A DNA stretch of 24,277 nucleotides. Origin: an uncultured bacterium (GTDB lineage Bacteria; SAR324; NAC60-12). The translations under genes and the position numbers were made by a program. Where the stretch lies: positions 1 to 24,277 of the forward strand of contig CAXGMD010000051.1 in the NCBI GenBank assembly GCA_964010765.1, read 5' to 3'. Below are positions 17,617 to 24,277 of the stretch, piece after piece (within the stretch, counting starts at the first letter, position 1; every line of letters starts with the position of its first letter). The notes beneath the pieces are model-generated. The model was not told where the DNA came from, did not search any database, and saw only the letters and a list, made by a program, of their open reading frames with translations.

Positions 17617-17889
17617 CTTTTGGTTATACTTTGTAGATGAGGAATATCTCTAAAGGTTTGAGTACTCTGTTGGTGTATGAGTTTTTGAAGTTGAATGCTA
17701 TTGCGTATCTTGTGAGCCACCTAACGTTAGACCAAAACCTTCAACTTACCTTCGAGTTTAAAACTTTTTAAAGGCAGAGAAGCAACAAATTACTGGACAG
17801 TCTGTAGTGGCTAGTTTAAGGATTCCAATTCATTGATCTGCTTGGGGTAGTCAGAATTCACAACAAATTCAATTTTTGAGAGGTTCAGG

Positions 17890-18714
17890 ATGAAAGATAT
17901 TTTCTCTTTGCAGAACAAGGTGGCTGTGGTCACTGGTGGTTCAATGGGAATCGGGGCTATGATTGCAGAGGGATTCCTGAACTTTGGGGCCAAAGTGTAC
18001 CTGGTAGCCCGTAATGCAGAGCAACTAAAGGCGAAGCAAGCGGAGTTTGCCAAGCTAGGGGAGTGTGAGGTCATTTCTGCAGATTTGAAAGACCTGGCTG
18101 GGATCAAACAATTTGTGTCTCAGTTTGCCGAGAGGGAATCTCGACTCGATATTCTTGTCAATAATGCTGGCATCTCCGATGGTGGCAAGACATTGGACGA
18201 TGTGACTGAATCGGATTGGGATCGGGTCATGGATCTCAACATCAAATCCATCTATTTTTTGATTCAGGCTTTTCTCCCTTATTTGCGAGTGGATTGCTCT
18301 CCAGAAACTCCAAAAAAAGTAATCAATATTGCTTCGATTGATGGCTGTGGGAAGATCAATCCTTTCTATAATTTTGCCTATGGTGTCAGCAAGGCTGGGT
18401 TGATTCAACTGGGAAAACACTTAGGGGATAGCCTGGCCTGGGAAGGCATCTACATCAACACGATCTCTCCGGGAGATTTCCCTACAGACTTGAATCGAAT
18501 TGCTCGAGACTATACCGAAGAGATGCGAAATTACATACCAGGCAAACGAGTTGGTGAGAAAGGGAATATAGCAGGAGCAGCCATTTTTCTGGCTTCTGAT
18601 GCAGGTAATTACAGTGTAGGTTCGAATATTGTGGTGGATGGAGGCGAGAGCGTACGTGGTATCCAACGGGCCTTCTTTGCTGATAAAATGACTACGGTTG
18701 ATCTAAATAAATAG
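17890..18714 (+). CDS. Short-chain dehydrogenase/reductase (RhlG-like subgroup)
   Basis: 'FSL..KVAVVTGGSMGIG.MIA.GF', NNAG, catalytic YGVSK, 'VDGG'. Confidence 0.88.
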   Translation: MKDIFSLQNKVAVVTGGSMGIGAMIAEGFLNFGAKVYLVARNAEQLKAKQAEFAKLGECEVISADLKDLAGIKQFVSQFAERESRLDILVNNAGISDGGKTLDDVTESDWDRVMDLNIKSIYFLIQAFLPYLRVDCSPETPKKVINIASIDGCGKINPFYNFAYGVSKAGLIQLGKHLGDSLAWEGIYINTISPGDFPTDLNRIARDYTEEMRNYIPGKRVGEKGNIAGAAIFLASDAGNYSVGSNIVVDGGESVRGIQRAFFADKMTTVDLNK

Positions 18715-18774
18715 TGATAAAAATGGTTGGTTACATTCGTTTCCTCTCAGAAGATCACTTCTTGATAATCATTA

Positions 18775-19479
18775 ATGAGTACTAGAAAAATGACACAATC
18801 AAATGAGCAATCGCTTCAAGCCTTGAAAGCACTGGATACCCCTACGGTTTGCAATGCGATCGAGGCCGTGTATCCAAATCGAAGAAACCGGGGCTTCACG
18901 ATTCGCCCATTTACCTGCTCGCGTCCCTCTTTGCCTTCTATCGTGGGGTATGCACGAACTGCTAGATTACGAGCAATGCATCAGCCCACAGATGCCTGGA
19001 ACCGAGATAGTTACTACAGCTATGTGGCTGAAGGAGGCCCTGTGCCCAGTATTTCTGTGATCCAGGATCTGGACGAAATGCCGGGCTACGGTTCGTTTTG
19101 GGGAGAGGTGAATAGTAATTTGCACTATGGTCTTGGTTGCTTGGGGGTCATTACCAATGGTTGTGTTCGAGACATCCCAGATGCCCAGGATAAGTTTCAA
19201 ATGCTGGCTGGAATGGTTAATCCATCACATGCTTGGGTGCACCTTGTGGACTGGGGGCAGTCGGTGACCGTCCATGGTATGGATGTCGAGGATGGAGATT
19301 TGATTCATGCAGATATGCACGGTGCGGTGGTTGTTCCCCAAGACGGAATTCAGGAAATTGTTGAGATGGCCCAGAAGATTTTTGATAAGGAGCGGATCCT
19401 GATCAACGCCAGTCAACAACCGGGCTTTAACATGGAAAAACTGCGGGAAGCCTGGAAAAACATGGCTGAATTCCATTGA
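18775..19479 (+). CDS. RraA / HMG-CHA aldolase family protein
   Basis: 'DTPTVCNA', 'FWGEVN', 'G.ITNG.VRD', 'GDLIHAD.HG.VVVP'. The start may instead be ATG 18790. Confidence 0.85.
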   Translation: MSTRKMTQSNEQSLQALKALDTPTVCNAIEAVYPNRRNRGFTIRPFTCSRPSLPSIVGYARTARLRAMHQPTDAWNRDSYYSYVAEGGPVPSISVIQDLDEMPGYGSFWGEVNSNLHYGLGCLGVITNGCVRDIPDAQDKFQMLAGMVNPSHAWVHLVDWGQSVTVHGMDVEDGDLIHADMHGAVVVPQDGIQEIVEMAQKIFDKERILINASQQPGFNMEKLREAWKNMAEFH

Positions 19480-19484
19480 GCCCA

Positions 19485-19577
19485 ATGCTTCATCCAACCA
19501 TTAAAAAATATCTGCCGATTCTACTGGTTCTGGCCGTAGTGGACCTAGTTTGTTTAATTTTTCTGTTCGTGATCTGA
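19485..19577 (+). CDS. 30-aa hydrophobic sORF (signal/TM-like), in frame with the downstream pentapeptide gene
   Basis: MLHPTIKKYLPILLVLAVVDLVCLIFLFVI*; starts 5 nt after the RraA-family stop; same frame as 19608. Confidence 0.45.
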   Translation: MLHPTIKKYLPILLVLAVVDLVCLIFLFVI

Positions 19578-19607
19578 GCTGTTCCAACTGAAAGATGTAG
19601 ACACAAA

Positions 19608-20375
19608 ATGAAACACCACGATCCTGAGCACTTGCGTCAACTTCTGGAGACCAAGGTTTGTCCTAAAGGCGGGTTGTTTGGTGTAGATCTTTCGAAAGCC
19701 AATTTGCCCAAAGCTGTTCTGTATTCTTCAGATCTGCGAGAAGCCAAGCTGTCCAAAGCCAATTTAGCAAAAGCAGATTTGCAGGAGGCCAATCTGGTAG
19801 GAGCAGATCTCCATGGCGCTGACTTGAATGGGGCCAATCTTCATCAAGCCAATTTGGCCCAGGCGGATTTATCGGGAACCTTGCTGTTCTTCGCTGATCT
19901 GCATGAAGCGAATGCACCAGGAGCCATCTTGAAGAATGCAGATCTGACGGAAGTCGATTTGTTGCACGCAAACCTCGAAGGAGCAGACCTCTCAGGTGCC
20001 AAATTATCTGGAGCTAAATTACGAGGTGCTAATTTGATTGGTGCTGACTTGTCGAATGCGGATCTAAGCGAAGCGAATTTGAGTGAAGCGAATTTGAGTG
20101 AGGCAGACTTGTCAGGCGCAGACCTACGAGAAGCAGATCTGAGCAAAGCTGTACTGAGCCAAGCCAAGCTAGTTGGAGCAAACTTACATCGAATCCGACT
20201 TCAAGGCGCGGACTTGACGGATGCCGATTTGACCGATGCCAACTTGTACGGTATTGACCTACGAGAGGCAATTACAGAGAACACGCTGTTCGAAAAGGCA
20301 AAGCTTTGCAATACGATCTTGCCTGATGGCAAGGTGGAATACCGTGATTGTGAGGAAGATACGGCAGCAGAATGA
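19608..20375 (+). CDS. Pentapeptide-repeat protein
   Basis: N-cap 'DPEHLRQLLETKVCPKG', roughly 42 pentads, C-cap CNTILPDG...RDC; no signal peptide from this ATG. Confidence 0.9.
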   Translation: MKHHDPEHLRQLLETKVCPKGGLFGVDLSKANLPKAVLYSSDLREAKLSKANLAKADLQEANLVGADLHGADLNGANLHQANLAQADLSGTLLFFADLHEANAPGAILKNADLTEVDLLHANLEGADLSGAKLSGAKLRGANLIGADLSNADLSEANLSEANLSEADLSGADLREADLSKAVLSQAKLVGANLHRIRLQGADLTDADLTDANLYGIDLREAITENTLFEKAKLCNTILPDGKVEYRDCEEDTAAE

Positions 20376-20384
20376 GACAGTTGG

Positions 20385-20430
20385 CTTCTCTAAATAGAGG
20401 GACCTAGCGAGTGATTAACTTTTAGAGAAG
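20385..20430. terminator. Inverted repeat between convergent genes
   Basis: CTTCTCTAAA (20385-20394) / TTTAGAGAAG (20421-20430), a perfect 10-bp stem. Confidence 0.45.
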
Positions 20431-20447
20431 TCCTGAATTTGAAAAGC

Positions 20448-22277
20448 CTAGTCTCCTAATTTTTCGATAGCTGCGATCTGGGTCTGAACACGCCGGATAC
20501 GCTGCATGTCAAATTTGATATCTCGCCGATAGGTGTAGATCCCGTTTTGCTCCTGATCAATATCGGTGAGTTGGGTATAGCAATAGCCGAACATCAGCGG
20601 ATTCTGTAGCAGGATCGTACAGAGTTTTTCAAAGCGGTCATAAAACTCTTCAATATTTTTCGGCCTCTCGCCATATCCCCAGGAGTGCCGGTGCTCATCT
20701 TCCGGGTTCCACCAAATCCCCCCAAACTCGCTGACAAAGTAGGGTTGCCCTCGGTAGGGGGTTGACCAACGTTGTTTGAGAGGCCGTCCACGATAATCTC
20801 GCAGATGAGGCCCCTCTACCTTCCACTCATTCTGATAGGGGTTCCCCTCGCCAACATGCGAGTGGTGCTCTGCAAACTTCTCTGGATCCTGGGTGTAGTC
20901 GTGGCAGTCATACACATCGGTCTCATGAATCCGGTGAGAGTAGCCTGATGTGTCCAGTACAGGTCGAGTTGGATCCATGGCCTTGGTCGCCAGGAACATC
21001 CCTCTTGTGATGTCGTCGAGTTGGGACATCTCCTCCATGATGGGTTCCCAAGTTTCGTTGAGAGGACACCAACCTACAATACTTGGATGTGAATAATCCC
21101 GCTCGATAGCTTCAAGCCACTCTGTGATGTAGGAAGCAGAAAAGCTTTGATGGTGAGGAAAGCGTCCCAGGTTCGCTGCACCCCAATCCCCAAATTCTCC
21201 CCAGACCAGGTAACCCATGCGGTCAGCATGGTACAGGAAACGTTCTTCGAACACTTTCTGGTGAAGCCGCGCTCCATTGAAACCCGCCTCTAAGCTGAGC
21301 CGAATATCTTCAACCAGATCCTCATCACGAGGAGCCGTCATCAGTCCGTCCGGGTAGTAACCTTGGTCGAGTACGAGCCGCTGGAAGATCGTTTTGCCGT
21401 TGAGTTTAAACTTCTTGCCATCCAGTGATACCGTTCGAAAGCCGAAGTAACTTTGGTAAGAATCGACAACTTCATTGCTAGTATTCCGCAACTCTACATT
21501 CACTTCATAGAGGAAAGGATCTTCTATAGTCCAACGTCGGACTGTGGGTAAAGGAATATCTGCTTGAAGAGTGAAATCAGCATTTGTTTTTAAGGTCTTG
21601 GAGGCAACCTCTTTCCCATCGGCAAGGATTTGGAAACGAACCTGATGTCCCTCGGTCGGAATGCTCAAAGGCTGTAAAACCTGCAAAGATTCTGTGGATC
21701 CAACAGGAGTCAGACGAGGCCGTTGTAGGTGAATCTGGGGAACAGGCTCTATCCAGACAGTTTGCCAGATGCCAGTGGTTCTCCCGTACAAGGCACCATG
21801 GCCGGCAAAGCCTCGTGCTTGTTTCCCTCGAGGCTGTGGACGATCATCATAATCCCGGGCCCTCAAAACGATTTCAATCTCTCGATGAGCAGTCAAATTG
21901 CTCAGATCCGCTGTGCACGAAAACGGTGTGAATCCCCCACGATGTCGAGTTACTTCCTCACCATTGACCCAAACAGTAGACTCATAATCCACGGCCTGAA
22001 AGTGGATCAAGATCTGGTCTGCCTTCCATTCTGTTGGAACCTTGACACGCTTCCGGTACCAGACACAGATCAGGTGATCTTGATTCTCAATCCCGGACAG
22101 TTTGGATTCAGGGCAAAAGGGGACCTGAATTGTTTGGGCCAATGATCTGGTCAGCAGTCCACGGTGGAGTCCGCTGTCGCCTTGATCCACTTCAAATTCC
22201 CAAGGACCGTTCAGGCAAAGCCAGTCCTTGCGTTGCATTTGTGGGCGTGGATACTCGTTGCGGGGAATGTTGCTCAT
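20448..22277 (-). CDS. Glycoside hydrolase family 2 (beta-galactosidase/furanosidase-like), cytoplasmic
   Basis: 'YPRPQ..R..W..LNG.WEF', 'HRGGFTPF', 'TGIWQTVW', 'LDQGYYPDG..TAP', acid/base 'WCPLNE', nucleophile 'SEFGG'. ATG 22277 lies 2 nt after the abfA stop. Confidence 0.9.
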   Translation of the reverse strand: MSNIPRNEYPRPQMQRKDWLCLNGPWEFEVDQGDSGLHRGLLTRSLAQTIQVPFCPESKLSGIENQDHLICVWYRKRVKVPTEWKADQILIHFQAVDYESTVWVNGEEVTRHRGGFTPFSCTADLSNLTAHREIEIVLRARDYDDRPQPRGKQARGFAGHGALYGRTTGIWQTVWIEPVPQIHLQRPRLTPVGSTESLQVLQPLSIPTEGHQVRFQILADGKEVASKTLKTNADFTLQADIPLPTVRRWTIEDPFLYEVNVELRNTSNEVVDSYQSYFGFRTVSLDGKKFKLNGKTIFQRLVLDQGYYPDGLMTAPRDEDLVEDIRLSLEAGFNGARLHQKVFEERFLYHADRMGYLVWGEFGDWGAANLGRFPHHQSFSASYITEWLEAIERDYSHPSIVGWCPLNETWEPIMEEMSQLDDITRGMFLATKAMDPTRPVLDTSGYSHRIHETDVYDCHDYTQDPEKFAEHHSHVGEGNPYQNEWKVEGPHLRDYRGRPLKQRWSTPYRGQPYFVSEFGGIWWNPEDEHRHSWGYGERPKNIEEFYDRFEKLCTILLQNPLMFGYCYTQLTDIDQEQNGIYTYRRDIKFDMQRIRRVQTQIAAIEKLGD

Positions 22278-22279
22278 TT

Positions 22280-23794
22280 TCAACCTTGGTAGCGATAGCG
22301 AAGGACGTTGAAAGACAAAGGTGGGAGCGAAACAGTTGATTGGGTTTGACTTACCTTGGGTGGTTCCAACAACTGGGGAACCACACGATCGGGTTGCTGT
22401 GCGGTATTTGTCATGTAGCGATCTGGCCCTGTCAAACAGATATGTTCCAATCCACTGAGCCCAGAGAAATTTTCTAGTGAGATTTCTGCATGCAGTGACT
22501 GGTCTGGGTGCTTATTAACACAGAAGACGGAGATTTCCTGCCGCTCTTCATTGAGAACCACCGAAGTGTCCAGATAGGAGGCCTGATCACGAATCGTACA
22601 ATCATATGTTGGTGAAGCAACCTGAGCTTGAAGCGCAGTACCCCGACCATATTTGGAAGCCAAGTAATATGGATAGAAGATGGTCTGCTTCCAGACAGCT
22701 CCACCCTTTTCGGTAGAGATAGGAGCGATGACATTGACGAGCTGGGCCATGCAAGCAATTTTGACAATATCCGCATTGCGGATAAAGGAGTTGATCACTG
22801 TCCCCACAAGTAGAGCATCCTCTAGATTGTAGGGATCTTCAAACAGGTGTGGGGCTTCGGGCCAGTCCCAGGTCTTCAGTAGTTCGTGGTCCCTCTTGTT
22901 GGTGTGATACCACGGGTTCCATTCATCAAAGGAGATGTAGACATCATTCTTTGCTCGTTTCTTGGCCTTGATGTACTGGATGACACTGCGGACAGTGCCA
23001 ATGTATTCATCCAGTTCATAGTGACTAGCGAGGTAGTTGAGAGTGTCCTTGGGATAGTTGTTCCAGTACTTGTGCAGTGAGATGTAGTCAACGGATTCAT
23101 AGCTTTGATCAAGCACCTCTGCTTCCCATTCAGGATAGGTCGCCATCTTGTCATTGGAACTACCACAGACAATCAACTCCAAGTCTTCATCAAATTTCCG
23201 ATAGGTCTTGGCAGTCTCGTTTGCCAAACGGCCATATTCGTAGGCTGTTTTGTGCCCAACCTGCCAGGGACCATCCATCTCGTTGCCTAGGCACCACATC
23301 CGAATATTGAATGGTTCCGGGTAGCCGTGCTGCTTACGCAAGTCTCCCCAAGCGGCACCAGAATTGTCATTGCAGTATTCCAGTAGATTGCGAGCATCGT
23401 CAATCCCTCTTGAGCCAAGATTGATCGCCATCATATAGGCCGTGTTGGCCTGTTGACACCAGTCATGAAACTCAGCGATACCAAACTGGTTAGTCTCGAT
23501 TGTTCTCCAAGCTAGATCCAAGCGCTTGGGTCTCAATTCACGGGGACCAACGCTGTCTTCCCACTTGAAGGCAGAAACGTAGTTCCCTCCAGGATAGCGA
23601 ATGACAGGAACATGCAGATCTCGAATAATCTCCAGAACATCGGTTCGAAAACCTTTCTCATTGCTGGAAGGGTGACCTGGCTCATAAATTCCTTCGTAAA
23701 TTGCCCGGCCGAGGTGCTCCAGAAATGAGCCGTAAATGCGGTCATCAATTGGGGCAATCTGGAATTTTGCGTTCGTGGTGATGGATGCTTTCAT
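22280..23794 (-). CDS. abfA: Alpha-L-arabinofuranosidase, GH51
   Basis: 'IYGSFLEHLGRAIYEGIY', 'RYPGGN', acid/base 'LGNEMDGPWQ', nucleophile 'FDEWN', 'AQLVNVI'; no signal peptide. Confidence 0.93.
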   Translation of the reverse strand: MKASITTNAKFQIAPIDDRIYGSFLEHLGRAIYEGIYEPGHPSSNEKGFRTDVLEIIRDLHVPVIRYPGGNYVSAFKWEDSVGPRELRPKRLDLAWRTIETNQFGIAEFHDWCQQANTAYMMAINLGSRGIDDARNLLEYCNDNSGAAWGDLRKQHGYPEPFNIRMWCLGNEMDGPWQVGHKTAYEYGRLANETAKTYRKFDEDLELIVCGSSNDKMATYPEWEAEVLDQSYESVDYISLHKYWNNYPKDTLNYLASHYELDEYIGTVRSVIQYIKAKKRAKNDVYISFDEWNPWYHTNKRDHELLKTWDWPEAPHLFEDPYNLEDALLVGTVINSFIRNADIVKIACMAQLVNVIAPISTEKGGAVWKQTIFYPYYLASKYGRGTALQAQVASPTYDCTIRDQASYLDTSVVLNEERQEISVFCVNKHPDQSLHAEISLENFSGLSGLEHICLTGPDRYMTNTAQQPDRVVPQLLEPPKVSQTQSTVSLPPLSFNVLRYRYQG

Positions 23795-23933
23795 AGTTCG
23801 TGATCACAGTTGGGAAATGAGGCAAACACAGTCAAAGTCTGAAAAGAAGAGGACGTGTTTGCACGAGAAATTAATCTGACAACAGACAAATTAGTCGATT
23901 GTATTACGATCAAACTTTATCAAGAGATTGGGG

Positions 23934-23953
23934 GCCAGAAAATTTGTTCTGGC
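23934..23953. terminator. Intra-operon hairpin between the permease and abfA
   Basis: GCCAGAA-AATTTG-TTCTGGC, 7-bp stem. Confidence 0.3.
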
Positions 23954-23991
23954 AGAGCCATCGCCTCAGGCTGCGTGATTCTCAAGAGAAC

Positions 23992-24276
23992 TTATCCCTT
24001 GATTCCAGAGGTCATCATCAAGGCGTTGGTCACTTTCTTTTGGAAGACCAAGTAGGCTGCAGCGACGGGGAAACCTGCCAGAACAGCTAGCGCCATTTCT
24101 CTTGCGTAGCGGACTCCAAAGGCGTCTTGTACGCTGGAGATCGCAATTGTCACAGTAAATTTTTCTTCCTGGGTAGTCATGATGAATGGCCACCAGAATT
24201 GATTCCATGCTCCGATGTAGGTCACAATCGCCAGAGCAGCAGTGATCCCAAAACTCATCGGAAAATATAGGTTCAG
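23992..24276 (-). CDS. Carbohydrate ABC transporter permease (MalG type), C-terminal fragment; gene begins beyond the window
   Basis: The frame is open to the right edge; 'WNQFWWPFI', 'P....YLVFQK......SGIKG' are MalG-family C-terminal motifs. Confidence 0.88.
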   Translation of the reverse strand: MNLYFPMSFGITAALAIVTYIGAWNQFWWPFIMTTQEEKFTVTIAISSVQDAFGVRYAREMALAVLAGFPVAAAYLVFQKKVTNALMMTSGIKG

Positions 24277-24277
24277 C

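Noticed and set aside
19575..19607. Selenocysteine codon
   Set aside because: No convincing SECIS-like hairpin follows the TGA, and the position is not a redox motif.
19608..20375. Qnr/MfpA-type quinolone-resistance call, forming a resistance island with the APH gene
   Set aside because: The repeats are simple A(D/N)Lxx with Cys-capped ends like the exported paralogues. I see no recognisable Qnr loops, and two of the three paralogues are exported.
1..24277. CRISPR array, tRNA/rRNA, IS, integrase or prophage genes
   Set aside because: No regularly spaced repeats, cloverleaf motifs or recombinase/transposase ORFs were seen.

Overview
A 24.3-kb chromosomal window of moderate GC (about 45-50% by eye) from a bacterium. 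Gene style, with many secreted pentapeptide-repeat proteins and small lipoproteins, suggests a marine lineage such as SAR324; this is inference only. Left: the 3' end of xylulokinase (xylB), then a polyol operon smoEFGK-smoS-mtlK (sorbitol/mannitol ABC uptake plus two dehydrogenases). Middle (7.4-20.4 kb): an accessory stretch with an AT-richer two-gene islet bounded by 13-bp direct repeats, several small secreted proteins and lipoproteins, three pentapeptide-repeat proteins with an identical C-x13-C cap, a beta-barrel OMP, a TMEM260/DUF2723-type GT-C glycosyltransferase, a frameshifted DUF2059 gene, an orphan minimal MotA-like membrane protein, a collinear homologue of hygromycin-B kinase APH(4), an SDR and an RraA-family protein. 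Right: a minus-strand operon (ABC permease, GH51 arabinofuranosidase, GH2 hydrolase). Features missing from the ORF track: a degenerate DUF1566/C-type-lectin-like remnant antisense in the smoE leader, and a 30-aa hydrophobic ORF separated from a pentapeptide gene by a single in-frame TGA. I found no rRNA, tRNA, CRISPR array, transposase or integrase.
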